The notes: generated from the sequence alone by a model not told the origin. 64,000 bases of DNA from Eledone cirrhosa (GCA_964016885.1 OZ024740.1:321470001-321534000); one strand, 5' to 3'; numbered from the stretch's first letter, positions 27,783 to 41,072 are shown. Made by a program: numbers and translations.

Positions 27783-28001
27783 GCACACACATACATACAA
27801 AATACACATACGTACACAAAATTACATACACACATACACACACATATATGTATATATATATATATACAAAAAACACTACATGCATACGCACACCCACAAA
27901 TATACATACATATATACATGCAGACATATATACATCTACATATGCCGGCGAAACAATTGTAACACGCAATAAATTAAGTCCAGATGCATCACTGATTTTT
28001 C

Positions 28002-28005
<4 letters not shown>
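26920..28005. mobile_element. PLE-derived element with 63-bp inverted ends and one-sided tail
   Basis: 27020-27082 is the reverse complement of 27943-28005 (1 mismatch). The arms contain GAAA-CAATTG-TA. Both ends lie in (TA)n. Confidence 0.75.
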
Positions 28006-28046
<41 letters not shown>

Positions 28047-28050
<4 letters not shown>

Positions 28051-28252
28051 TAAAAGGAAAAGAAAATGCTGACAAATTGTTCCCAGTGAAAAATAGTTTA
28101 ATTAGGAATAAGTAAAACCAAAACTGAATACTAACCAATACTATTACTAATTTTTACTTATTCCTAATTAAACTATTTTTCACTGGGAACAATTTGTCAG
28201 CATTTTCTTTTCCTTTTACCAATATATCATAACTCGTGTGTTACACCTCTAT

Positions 28253-28258
<6 letters not shown>
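28047..28258. repeat. Fold-back mini-element (71-bp arms plus tail), same family as 58320-58736
   Basis: 28047-28117 / 28152-28222 inverted. Tail gtgtgttacacctctattctttt is shared with 58321-58350. Confidence 0.85.
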
Positions 28259-28320
<62 letters not shown>

Positions 28321-28551
28321 GTGAGGTTTTTTTTACAAAATGAAAAATAACCGAGGTGTCCTACACGAGTGAGAAAAACCACAGACCCTCCATCTCAACT
28401 CACCTTTTGAAAAGCAGAAGAACTGCAAAACCGGTAAAGGAACCAAATAAATATATATATTTAAAAAAAAAATAAGACTCCAGTTGCATTTTCGATTTCA
28501 TCTCTTTTTCTTTATATATGTATATATATATGTATGTATATATACATATAT

Positions 28552-28614
<63 letters not shown>

Positions 28615-28616
<2 letters not shown>

Positions 28617-29400
28617 TATGTATACGTACATACATAATATATATATATGTATACAAGACGTACAGTAGTATGTATATACATACATGTACACATATATGTA
28701 CGTATGGGTTTACCGAACTTTTATTATAATGCTCGGTTTGTTTGTAAACAAACAGCCCGAATTATTAGCCGTACAGTGTTCGGCAACCATCGTTGCCATT
28801 ATAATAAATGTTCGGTAAACCCATACGTACATGTATATATATGTGTGCATGTATGTATGTATATACATATTACTGTACGTCTGTATACATATATGTATGT
28901 ACGTATATATACTTATATTTAAGTATCAGCCGTACTAAGAGTGAGAAATGAAATTTCATTTTTTCCATTTATCGTTTTCGGTACGCCCGGCCGACTAACT
29001 CACTCGATATGCAAAATAGGCTGCTCAGCCGTTAATATGCATAAGGAAAGTATATACTTTCAAACGTTCAATCGACTGACAGGAAGGTATAGGGTGCTGA
29101 TGACAGCTAATAAGCTAGAAACTAGTTCATCGTTCATTTTTCAGTGTTGAACAAAATGGCAACGATGGTTGCCGAACACTGTACGGCTAATAATTCGGGC
29201 TGTTTGTTTACAAACAAACCAAGCATTATAATAAATGTTCGGTAAACCCATACGTACATATATATATATATGTGTGCATGTATGTATGTATATATACATA
29301 CTACTGTACGTCTGTATATATATATGTATGTACGTATACATACTTATATTTAAGTATCAGCCGTACTAAGAGTGAGAAATGAAATTTCATTTTTTCCATT
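28615..29400 (+). mobile_element. Retrozyme-like repeat: inverted fragment plus about 1.4 tandem units of ~428 nt
   Basis: cattataataaatgttcgg at about 28797 and 29224. Hammerhead at 29093-29131. 28615-28800 is inverted. Confidence 0.75.
29093..29131 (+). ncRNA. Minimal type I hammerhead ribozyme
   Basis: ggtg-CTGATGA-cagctaataagcta-GAAA-CTAG-TT-catc. Confidence 0.75.
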
Positions 29401-29414
29401 TATATATATATATG

Positions 29415-29504
<90 letters not shown>

Positions 29505-29826
29505 AAGTAAATAGAAATAACAAAGTAAACGACACAGTACAATGAAAAAAATATTAGCTTAACGTTTGATATAGTAGGAAAAGAGTCTCAGTGTTTCGGC
29601 CCCTAGTCTTTCATCAGATGAGAAATAAAAGGTGAAATACCTTTTCATAATTTTTGCTGTTGTTTCTCCTTTTACACCTCATCCCATATATATATAACAA
29701 AATTATAGAGGATATATATATATAAAGCTATAGATGCACCATAGCTGCATACCTCAGCGAAAACTGCAGTCAGTATATTGAAGTAAAATTAGTTAAATTT
29801 CTATGTATTTGCTCTTCCCACTTATG

Positions 29827-29867
<41 letters not shown>

Positions 29868-30269
29868 ACACACACACACACACACAAGCGCGCGCGCACG
29901 CACACGCACGCACACACACACACACAGACACACACACACACATACACACACACACACACATATATAAGTATATATATGAATTATCCAAATACAAAGATCT
30001 GGGAATAGAGATACCCTGAAAGTGGGCACTGGAAATAGAAACACTCCCTATAATTATAGGTGCCTTGATAATGATAAAAATAGATGCGGACAAATACATA
30101 AGTAAAACTGCAGGACTTACATAAAATAGCACTACTAGGCACAGCACACATATTACAAGGTGGTCTTTTCAATACAATAGATACAACACCACTCTACATA
30201 CCAACACACACAGAGCTGCGTCCAGTAAAGTAGTGAAAACATACTAAATACAAACATACTGAATATTCT

Positions 30270-30475
30270 TCATTTCTAATTTAGGCACAAGGCCAGCAAT
30301 TTTGGGAGAAGGATAAGTCAATTTCATTGACCCCCTGCACTGGTATTTTATTTTATCTGACCCGGAAGGGTGAAAGGCAGAGTTAACCTCGGTGATATTT
30401 AAACCCAGAAATAAAATGTCGGAACAAATATCCCGTGTCATTTTGTCCGACGCTCTAACAATTCAGCCAAATGAC
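30270..30475 (-). mobile_element. tRNA-derived SINE
   Basis: Same core as 9800, on the minus strand. Confidence 0.7.
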
Positions 30476-30579
30476 CGTCTAGAGTAATCATTAAAACCAC
30501 AAATATCTAAACGAATCTTCATTGTCTGTCAATGCATTTTAACTGTTTTATTTTTTCTGATTTTGGTATTTTGTATAAT

Positions 30580-30745
30580 CCACCCGACAGGCTTCCGCAC
30601 AGTTTCGGTCAACCCAATTTAACCCACAAGGCCTGGATCGGCCCGAGGCTATGGTAAATGATACTTGCTCAAGATGCCATATAGTGGGAGCGAACCCGGT
30701 AACTTTTGATTGCAAAGCGAGCTTCTTAGACATTCGACCATGCTG
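30580..30745 (-). mobile_element. Second SINE family (CORE/MIR-like)
   Basis: cacaagg..ggcccgaggctat.gta..acttgc.caag..agtggga.cgaacc. Related copies near 53880-54000 and 56360-56512. Confidence 0.6.
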
Positions 30746-31334
30746 CGTAGTGATGTTGGATGTGAGGGAGAATGACCAAACCCTGCTGAACTAATGGACT
30801 CGTCTACAGTTTTATAAGGTAGTGTTTGTTAGTGTTTACATTTACATAATTTTGGTTGGAATGGACTTCCAGCAGTTTCGACGATGAGTGATTCAGTTGT
30901 GAGATCAACGGAACAGCCTGCTCTTGAAACTAGCTTGTCAATGGCTGAGTATTTCACAGAAACGTGTACCCCTAACGTCATTCCCGCAGAGATTCCACGC
31001 GACACCATGTATGGCAAAGCTGGCCATTTTAATTACAGATAGAGTCCATCAGACGAGCTTCTTATCAGTTTCCGTTTGTCAGCTAAATGTTTAGTCTATC
31101 TCTCGCTGTTGTTATATTTCTCCCCCACATTTAATATACCCTCGTGCAGTTATTTCAGTTTAATAGCATCATTCCTTATATAACTATCCAAGTTGATACT
31201 AACAATATTTCACGTCTCAAACACAATATTTTCGCCTATATAAATAATTCTATATATATATATATACATATAATTCTTTATAAAAATAAGTCAATAGAAA
31301 TAACTATTTTTGGAACCCTATCACAAAAAACGAA

Positions 31335-31369
<35 letters not shown>

Positions 31370-31392
31370 CAAGCATCCACCCACACACACAT

Positions 31393-31485
<93 letters not shown>

Positions 31486-31670
31486 AAACCACACATGCAC
31501 ATAGTTGGTTGTATGCCATATTTATTTAGCATCCCCTACAGTTAGAAAGTTTAGGTGGTTTTTTTTCTGACTGATGTATTTCTAAATTTCCAGAATACAC
31601 AGCAGCATATCGTCCCTACGGCTTGTTTAGATAAAGCAACAGTGTGTGTGTGCGTGTGTGGGCGTGTGTA

Positions 31671-31707
<37 letters not shown>

Positions 31708-31819
31708 GAGAGAGAGAGATGGCGCCAAGCGGTCGGACTTTTACATATCTCTATACCCACTCTGAATCTCCACATACATTGAGTACTCCTATGGTTAGTA
31801 GTCTCCCCGGTCTCAGCAC

Positions 31820-31859
<40 letters not shown>

Positions 31860-31990
31860 AACGGAAAAAATGAAACGAAATTTCATTTCCCACTCGACCA
31901 ATTAACCCACTCGATATGCAAATTGGGCTACTCAGCCGTTAATATGCATAAGGTAAGTATATACGTTCAACAATCTGGCAGGAAGGTATA

Positions 31991-32031
31991 CGTTGCTGAC
32001 GATAGCTAATAAGCTTGAAACTAGTACAGCG
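31991..32031 (+). ncRNA. Minimal type I hammerhead ribozyme
   Basis: cgttg-CTGACGA-tagctaataagctt-GAAA-CTAG-TA-cagcg. Confidence 0.78.
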
Positions 32032-32412
32032 TTCCTTTGTCAGTGTTGAACAAACGAGCAACGATGGTTGCTAGACACTACGGCTTAATACGGGATGTTT
32101 GTTTACAAACACACCGAGCATTATAATAAATGTTCGGTGAATCCATACGTACATATATATATGTGTGCATGTATGTATATATATATATACATACTACTGT
32201 ACGTCTGTATACATATATGTATGTACGTGTACATACTTATAGTTAAGTAACAACCGTACTAAGAGTGGGAAATGAAATTTCGTTTCATTTTTTCCGTTTA
32301 TCGTTTTCGGTGCACCCGGCCGATTAACCCACTCGATATGCAAATTGGGCTACTCAGCCGTTAATATGCATAAGGTAAGTATATACGTTCAACAATCTGG
32401 CAGGAAGGTATA

Positions 32413-32453
32413 CGTTGCTGGCGATAGCTAATAAGCTTGAAACTAGTACAGCG
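32413..32453 (+). ncRNA. Hammerhead ribozyme copy with core mutation (CTGGCGA)
   Basis: Identical to 31991-32031 except A>G in the core. Confidence 0.6.
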
Positions 32454-32656
32454 TTCCTTTGTCAGTGTTGAACAAACGAGCAACGATGGTTGCTAGACAC
32501 TACAGCTTAATATGGGATGTTTGTTTACAAACACACCGAGCATTATAATAAATGTTCGGTGAATCCATACGTGCATATATATATGTGTGTATGTATGTAT
32601 ATATATATATACATACTACTGTACCTCTGTATACATATATGTATGTACGTGTACAT

Positions 32657-32731
<75 letters not shown>

Positions 32732-32829
32732 CAGGGGCGGTGGAACTGGGGGTGGGCATGGCCCAATGATTATATATTTCTTCCCAAACTACCAAAACAC
32801 ACCTCTATTTGTATATGCTCTACAATTTG

Positions 32830-33500
32830 TCTACATATAGATATAAAGAGGGGGAGAATTTGGTGTTAATTGATATAGAGAGAGATTTAGAAGAGTTTCG
32901 TGTAGTAGATACAGAGAGGGTGGAGAGTTTGGTGTTAATTAATATAGAGAGGGTAATTGGAAGAGAGTTCCGTATAGTAGATATAGAGAAGGGAGAATTT
33001 GATGTTAATTGGTATAGAGAGAGAGGTTTGGGATTTGGATTGTTGCATGGTTGATGTAGAGAGGGAGAGTATTTGGTGTTAATGTATAGAGTGAGAGGAT
33101 TGATAGAGATAGGTATTGATAGATATACAGAGGGGACAGTTTGGTAGTGATGGATAGAGAGAGAGGGAATGAGAGAGATTGTTGTATGGTAGATATATAG
33201 AGGGAGGATAGTTTGGTGATAATTTATATAGTGAGGGAGTTGGGAGAGTGTGTTGTATATTAGATATAGAGAGGGGAAGAGATTGGTGTTGCTTGATAAT
33301 AGAGAGGGGTATTCGAAGAGAGTTCCGTGTAGTAGATATATAGAGAGGGAGAGATTGGTGCTAATTAATATAGAGAGGGGGATTAGAAAATAGTTCCGTG
33401 TAGTAGATACAGAGAGGGGGAGAGTTTGGATTTAGTAGAAACAGAGAAGTAGATTAAAAGAGAGTTTTGTGTGATAGACATGGAGAGAAGAGTTTGGTGG
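32830..33500. repeat. Degenerate purine-rich tandem repeat
   Basis: Recurrent gatatagagaggg..gagagtttggtgttaat. Confidence 0.7.
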
Positions 33501-33688
33501 ATCATACAAGACAGGTGAAACTTTAGAGTAACAAAGCTCACCAATAGTCATAATAAATGAATGTATATATATATATATATATATATAGTGGTAGAACACT
33601 GCTCTACCACACTATCCGTAGTGGTAGAGCACTCAGTCCATGGGACGAGTTAGGTAGAAGTGGTTACACAACAGTTAGTTCACCATAC

Positions 33689-33726
33689 CGAGAACACTTG
33701 TTTCACCTTAGCGGATCCTCAGCTCG
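33689..33726 (-). ncRNA. Hammerhead motif in 3' pLTR
   Basis: cgag-CTGAGGA-tccgctaaggt-GAAA-CAAGTG-TT-ctcg, with weak stem II. Confidence 0.6.
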
Positions 33727-33892
33727 TAATGGACATGGTTATACGGAACAGGAAGGACAACCGTACGAACGCGCATGCGCAGAAACCGTCATTTCACACA
33801 GGAAATACTAAAAAGCGTGCGAGAGGTGTAAGGGAGATAACTGCGAAAGTCCGAAAAGTTTTTAGTTGATAAGAAAATTAGGATGTTGTGAT

Positions 33893-35690
33893 TCAATCCG
33901 GAGCTTTGTAGTTATGTAAGAGGTGTTTCGAGACGTGTGGACAAGGTGTGAAGAATTCATTTCTCGTGTTTAGGCAATCACTATTGCATAATCTCTTTAG
34001 AATATTTATTCGTTCATCAATACACAGTCCACACGACGGATTTCCCCTTGCGCATGGCTTGGACTTAGTGATGGCTTTCCATTGAATGGAGTAGTCTATA
34101 CTTGAGTCCTTGAGGGACCATACGTGGCTCGCGAGTTTCGTGGATGAACGTCTGTCCGGGTACCTAAAGGTCGACTGGTGGTTCAGGAAGCGTTCCTTAA
34201 ATCGGCCCTCCGCCATACCCACATAGGATTTGACCTCCTGTGGTTGATTTGGTCGGTTGGAATTGACAACATCTTCATAAATTACAGCGGGTGTGTTGCA
34301 TTGCTGTTGAAGGGGACAAGCTTCAGGCTTACGGCAAGAGCACCCTGGTGGGGTGTTGCTCTAAGGGCTGTTGGTGATGTGGGCCTTCATGTTCTTAGCG
34401 CAGGAGTATCTTAGTTTTACTTTGTGTCGGTTAAAGATGGAGCGGTATTTATAGGAAAGTGTCTATCTAAGAGTGCTAGAAACTTTTTGCCTACATTGGT
34501 TTTAACGTTGAGTGAGAAGGGAGGAGAGAACCAGATAGTTTGTCTATTGTTACGCTTTCTTTTCTTATTGCTGTTGTTGATAGTGGGAGAGTAAGTGATA
34601 GGTTGCGAGAAACCGCTGTTAGCTAACGCCGTGTTATAGTAGGGTGCCGCCCTATCAAAGATAGCCTTATTAGAGGAGAGGTTTTAGATTCTAGTACTGA
34701 TATTATTTACGAAGTTTCTAAAAACGGTGGGAGGGTGGCATGAGTCCTTGTGAATGTAATTGAGTTTTTCGTTTAGCTTATGGAAGGGTCTGTAGGTGTG
34801 TGTGCGAAGATCTAAATTAATATCTAAGAAATCTACGCTAGAGAGGTTGGTAGCTACTGTTATCCTAAGTCCTATCTCATTGAAAGTAGAAGCTAAGTCT
34901 TTTTTAAACCGGTCGAGGTCGTGACCACTTTTATGGCTCGATAAGGTCAGTCCGTCGTCGCGGTATATTCCCGTGTGGAAGTCCGGGAATCTAACACGTA
35001 ATATATCTAAAATAAATAGGCCAACCAAGTCGCATACGTCAGCACTGTCAAACGATCCCATGGAGACGTCGAATAGGTCTGAAGTTGTTGACTTCTTTGC
35101 CCAGGCTACTCCGTCGTTGAAGAGGAAGGTTTTCCGGCAGTGGGCGATGATTTCCCTGTCTAAACCATCGACGGTAGTGTAAGTGGTAGCGAAGTCCAAC
35201 GCTTTGTTTAACAGGGTCTCTGAGATCAACGGGTAAAAATCAACAATGTCGAACTGTGTGAATTTCGCTTTTTTGGATTTGAAGGAGTTGAACCACTTAA
35301 TTACGGAGTCGCTGTTTTCCCACTGGGACAGGTTGGACTTGGTCCTAATGGTGTTAACTATGTTTCTAAGTATGGCCTTACTGACTAGTCGCATATCTGT
35401 GCGTGCCGGGTTTATTAGTTTACATGTGGGGTTAGAAGTAAAGTCTACCTCGTGATCTTTCAGCGTGAGGAACGCCCCCCGCTTAGCTAGAGATTGTAGC
35501 TTCTTATCTACCTTAAGGGTGGCGGCAAGTTCTTTGGCTTCTGTATTAATGTCGTGGTAGGCCATAGGGTTAGCTTTCTTATATTTGGAAGTAATAGCGT
35601 TATGGGCCAGGTGGCGGAAAGTGGTGTTGTCGACTTCGTAAATATTATTAGTTTTGGCGGAAAGAACGAAAGTGTTATTAGAAGACCTAA
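33893..35690 (-). pseudogene. PLE RT/GIY-YIG ORF, disrupted
   Basis: ORF fragments 34684-35565 and 33893-34222 are homologous to 903-2543. Confidence 0.85.
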
Positions 35691-35811
35691 ATTACAGTTA
35701 TCTCCCTTACACCTCTCGCACGCTTTTTAGTATTGCCTGTGTGAAGTGACGGTTTCTGCGCATGCGCGTTCGTACGGTTGTCCTTCCTGTTCCGTATAAC
35801 CATGTCCATTA

Positions 35812-35849
35812 CGAGCTGAGGATCCGCTAAGGTGAAACAATTGTTCTCG
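35812..35849 (+). ncRNA. Hammerhead motif in inverted pLTR
   Basis: cgag-CTGAGGA-tccgctaaggt-GAAA-CAATTG-TT-ctcg. Confidence 0.65.
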
Positions 35850-35877
35850 GTATGGTGAACTAACTGTTGTGTAACCA

Positions 35878-36000
<123 letters not shown>

Positions 36001-36101
36001 AATGAGTTATTTGGTTTATTGATTATTCAGCAAAGTTAATTTTACAACAGATTAGAAGCATTCAACAGTATTTATCCGGAGTATCTTAACACCAGTTATT
36101 A

Positions 36102-36162
36102 TATTTTATCTGACGAAAGCGTACTTAAATATTAGTACCCTTGAAATACGTATAATGAAATA
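36102..36162 (+). ncRNA. Minimal type I hammerhead in a ~210-bp mini-PLE (35997-36208)
   Basis: tattttat-CTGACGA-aagcgtact..agtaccctt-GAAA-TACGTA-TA-atgaaata. Confidence 0.78.
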
Positions 36163-36207
36163 AATATGGTTTTTTAAATATATTTTCCATTTATTAATAT
36201 TATTGAA

Positions 36208-36244
<37 letters not shown>

Positions 36245-36289
36245 GGAGATGAGTAAATTGGGTATAATATCAGTTTATTACCAAATACG

Positions 36290-38040
36290 AAGAAGCTTGC
36301 TTACGAAAGGGTACGAAAAAGTACAGAGCATAATTTTAAATGCAGGAGACGATGTCTCTTCAGGTGGTGAAGTATGCCTGTAGGTGTTTCGGCCCCTTCC
36401 ACTGTGAGCTACTAGGGGCCACCCACCGATGTAGACGACGGTACTCCTTGCGCAACAGAACAATCTTAGGTGATTCTGATGTTATGATTCCGGGCGAGAA
36501 GTCTCCATCAACCTCTTTTCTTTTGAGCCAGATGTAATAACTCGTTTTCTCAATTACCTCCGATAATGCCCTCGAAAGATGTTTCCTTCCTTTGGCGCCA
36601 GTCAACTTCGGTTCAAACAAATCATCTGACACCTATCTCTACAGGGAAACATGATGCCTCCCATCCGCTGGTTTCACAGAGTTTAACTAACTCACTGTAC
36701 TTCCTGTTACATCATCCAGCAGTCTAAGTACCTGGTTTTGCCACGATGTATATATATCTGTTCTTCTGGCCTTTTGGGCAACTGGACAGTATAGCCTTCA
36801 TCGTTCCAGCCTTCCGGCATTTGCACAGGTCACTCTTTTCTACTTAATAACGTTTTAGGTTTGTGGGACTAGGAAGCATATCATAGACATTGCAAACCAT
36901 AAAACTGGTTCTGGCTGACTCCCATGATCAAAGTTTCTTCCATCTCATCTTCCACTCAACTATAAATTTCTCTCAAGACACTGTCCTTGTTAGCCTTATT
37001 GCGAATTCGTTAACTGGTTGATTGCCGCGAGCCTTCACTCTTTCATGGAGTAATATGGTCTGAGAATTTCTAAGGCCCTTTCTATTGCTCTGTGTGGGAC
37101 CTACTATGTCATCATATCCTAGAACGGCCACGAAGTACTCCGTCGCCGCCGATGCTATCCATTTTCTTTCAGTCATGAGCTCCGGTGAGGTGGAACAGAT
37201 GAGTTGATCATTTGAATGACGCAGAGTCAGCATGGTCGCACCTTGCCACATTTGTACTGCTCGACTATTGATTGGACCACTATTCTTGTACAAAGCCACA
37301 CATGCAAAGGTTTGTGTCAATCGTAGCCACTTACAAATAGATATTGTTTCCACTCACCAATCTCGACACATGTTAGTGTGACTTTATTCAACATTTGTGT
37401 CCATTGCAATCTCGGATACAGTGTAAACCACATGCACCAGAGCTTGACCTGATCTTTCTGTCAATCACTGAAAGTCGATCCCTGGCTATCTTATAGATTT
37501 TAAGCCCCTCACATCTATCACTGAATGATCCACAATACAACCTCTGAAGACACTTCACAGACTTCTCTGTAATCATTAGCAAGTCTTCACCTGTAACATC
37601 ATACTTCACTTCTTGTTGCCTTCTTTTGACAAGTGTTACACTGTAAGATTTCTTTACTTTGAAGCACATCTTCCCCCAACTTACTAGCTTATCAAGTCTG
37701 CTCAGGATTTTCACCATTGACTTCTTGTCTTTTGCCAACGATACTATGTCATCCATGAAGACTGTCTTTAAGGAGAGGATCTTCATTTCCCGGTCTTTAA
37801 ATGTTGTACCTCGCAGGATGACTTCCATTCCAAGTACAAACCATATGATTGATATTGTGAACCAAGCTGTAATTCCCACATCCAACTTCTGCCACACTGT
37901 TGTAAAGTTCTGTGTAGTAAAACAGTCGATCATCATAGTTAAGAAAACTTGGGTAAATAAGTCTAAGAGACGGAAAAAGTGTATAGAGGCTCATCTGTCC
38001 GTCTTTTTCCGTCTCTAAATGTAACTTACCTAATTTTATC
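36290..38040 (-). mobile_element. Degenerate non-LTR retrotransposon with restriction-like endonuclease (HERO/NeSL-like)
   Basis: TTVWQKLDVGI..FVLGMEVILR..FMDDI..W..M.FK.KKS, VYDMLPSPTNL and KYSEL..GWEA..PVEIG..YIWLKR, with many disruptions. Confidence 0.75.
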
Positions 38041-38172
38041 AACTATTATCTAGGGTGATCGACTGTTATTGCAGTTATTTTTTGCGTTTGGGAGGCTCAC
38101 CTTTTCAATTTTTCACAATCATACATGTGTGCGCGTCTCTCTTACTCTCTCTATCTCCCTTTCTCTCTACCC

Positions 38173-38252
<80 letters not shown>

Positions 38253-38621
38253 GGAAGAAGAATCAGGATGGAGAGAGAGGTGCTGTACCCTAGCAAGTTT
38301 TATGAAAGGTGGGTGAAAGTGGCGAGAATGGCCCGAGTGAATGGGCCTTGTCTCTATATCAGCCTGTAGGTTGAGGAAAAGGAGGAGGAGAGGAAGGGAG
38401 TACAAACTCTCTGTACTCCTGGAGATGAGGGTTGCGCATTTTTTGGGGGGTATGTGTTACCCATATGAACTGTCTCCCCCTATTGGGGAAAATCGACTAA
38501 CTTTTTAAATTCCATTTGTGATAACATTTTACACGTTTTTATTGTATGTAAACTTCCCCCTTTGTATTTGTCCCCTTCTTTTGTGCCCCCTGTGGCTAAT
38601 AAAGAAATCTATCTATCTATC

Positions 38622-38652
<31 letters not shown>

Positions 38653-38913
38653 CTAATTGAGGAAAAGGAGGAGGAGGAGAGGAAAGGAGTACAAGCTCTT
38701 CGTACTCCTGGAGATGAGGGTTGCACATTTTTTTCGGGGGTATGTGTTACCCATATAAACTGTCTCCCTCTATTGGGGAAAATCGACTAACTTTTAAATT
38801 CCATCTGTGATAACATTTTACACGTTTTTATTGTATGTAAACTTCCCCCTTTGTATTTGTCCCCTTCTTTTGTGCCCCTGTGGCTAATAAAGAAATATAT
38901 CTATCTATCTATC
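38253..38913 (+). mobile_element. Two 5'-truncated Tx1/L1 3' ends, each followed by (ATCT)n
   Basis: RRIRMEREVL.PSKF.ERWV C-terminus and 3' UTR ending ggctaataaagaa+(atct)n at about 38607 and 38895. Confidence 0.85.
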
Positions 38914-39124
38914 TTTCTGCCTGACGCGTGGAACATCGCCGGTAAGATTTTTTGTAAATTTATATACGAAAAACAGAACAAATTGTTTGAAAAAACATAT
39001 TATTTTGTAGATTAACTCCAAGCTGAATTGTCAGCTGGGTGGTAATCCCATTTTTCGCCCCTTTAGGTGCGAAATTTTATTTTAAAAATTGTTTTAAAAT
39101 ATAAAATTTTACAAACTAAATAAC

Positions 39125-41031
39125 TTGAACAACACAAGAACGCTGGAGAACGCCAATAGAGAAAAGAGAGAGAAAGAGGCAGATATTAACGTTATATCTG
39201 CTTCTGCTACTATGGACGTCGTCATAGATACGACTGTTAACAAAGAGGAAAAAATGTTACCACTCAAAAATTGTACAATTTCTACCGTCGAAGCGGAGAA
39301 AAATAACACTAACTCACATGAAAACACAGAAATTAAACCTATTAACATAGATACACATGAAAAAGACATCAACAACTCCACATCTACATCTACACATAAT
39401 GTTTCACCTCGTCAAGGAACTGAGATTTCCAACACCGAGGCTAACAACGATAACAGCAACAACAACAGCAACACCACACAAAAAAAGAAAATGTCTTTCG
39501 CTGAAACAGTGAACAAAAAACAAGATTTTATAAATCTTGATATCTCCAATGCAAGAGATATGCTCCAGCAAGGGAGAAAATTTGTAACTATCGAAGAAAA
39601 AGGTGGGTTTAGAATTAACTTACCCCTTGAAATAAAGGAAGACATGATTCGCAGATGAGTCACCTTTAGGACTGTGTCAAATTCCACAAGAAAGCCGACA
39701 TTTGTTAGCCAAGCAGATATAGAAGCTACTTCCAAGGAAATTCTAGCAAATATCGATTTTCTCCAGCGAGGAAAACAGTACGGAAGTGTTTCCGTATTGT
39801 TTAAAAGCGAGGCACTCGCCCCAAAACATTCTGTGACACCAATGGTGTCAAAAGCATTCACCTTTTTCCCTACATACATTGGAAAAAGGACACAAAAAAT
39901 AAAAATAAAAAATATACCCCCAAACATTAACATCTGGTGGATCTTGGCTAGCTTAGTAGAGCCAGAAAGTGATATGATTCTTTCGATACGAAAATCTATT
40001 CGACAAAGGTGGGCGGGTACAGATTTGGAGATTCTGTTGCAAATGAAACCGGAGAGAATCTCCAAAATACCTGAAAGAGTCGTCATCGATAATAACAATA
40101 AAATAAACATTTCGGTAGAAGGACGAAAATTTCATTGCTTTCGCTGTGGTAGCACAGCACACCTAAAAGCCTCTTGTCCACAAACACACAACAACAACAT
40201 CATTAAAAAAACACTATTACCAACACCAACACCCAAACAACCACCACCACCACCACAAGTACAACGACAGACGAAACGAGCAACGACACCAAAACAAACA
40301 GACACTCAACCAACAACAACAGAAAAAACAGAGACAATACCCATGAAGAACACAGCCCCATATCACTCCATCAAACACTACCACAAACACACACCGAAAC
40401 ACCACCACCACACAACATACCCCTACCCCACACACCTGACGATGATTATTAATCGACGGATGAAGCTGCTTCTCCTTCTTTAAGTGAAGAAGAGGGAGAG
40501 CCGCGGAAATCTAAAAAAACAAAAAAGAGACACCACAAAACCCCCAAAACTTCAATCACCAACACCAACATACAACCACAGACACAAACAACAACACAAA
40601 CAACACCACAGTCAAATATCCCCCTATCAGCAAAACCAACACCAACACCACCCCAAACACAAGCACCCACCATAAAAAGAAAACTCCTGGACGAACAACA
40701 CACTAAAACAACACAACAAAAACACAAACAACAATACGCATACATCAACACAAACAACAAGAATTTGATGGAGGTCATCTCCCAAAACCCCAAGGTGGAG
40801 ACGGAGGGCAAAACTTTCGTCAAAGCAGAATCGTCTCCACACCTTAAACTTATAAGGGTTTCTATGGAAACCTATAATGACCTATAAAATAAATTTTTAC
40901 AGGACGTGGGCAACCCCTGCCAGAAACCCATCAACCGCGTCCTGTTAAAATGTTTCCCCACCCCACCTAACACCCCATCCAGCACCCAAATGGAGATTGA
41001 ACAACCCGATCTCCAGGAAACGAAAAGGTAA
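39125..41031 (+). pseudogene. Tx1 ORF1 (gag-like, zinc knuckle)
   Basis: KMSFAE and VEGRKFHCFRCGSTAHLKASC. In-frame stop at 39656-39658 and later frameshifts. Confidence 0.75.
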
Positions 41032-41072
41032 GTGCACCTTTCGTCCCTTTTCTCCAACTCTTCTCCACCAAC

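Larger units (their letters stand above)
31859..32660 (+). mobile_element. Retrozyme-like tandem dimer, 422-nt non-coding unit, one hammerhead per unit
   Basis: Direct repeat with period 422 (31981 versus 32403). Hammerheads at 31991-32031 and 32413-32453. Inverted terminus at 31859-31895. Confidence 0.8.

Noticed and set aside
30829-31017. MPYMV.. ORF as the next SLC5 exon
   Set aside because: It is in the wrong position in the exon order and lacks the expected PGL.GLF motif.
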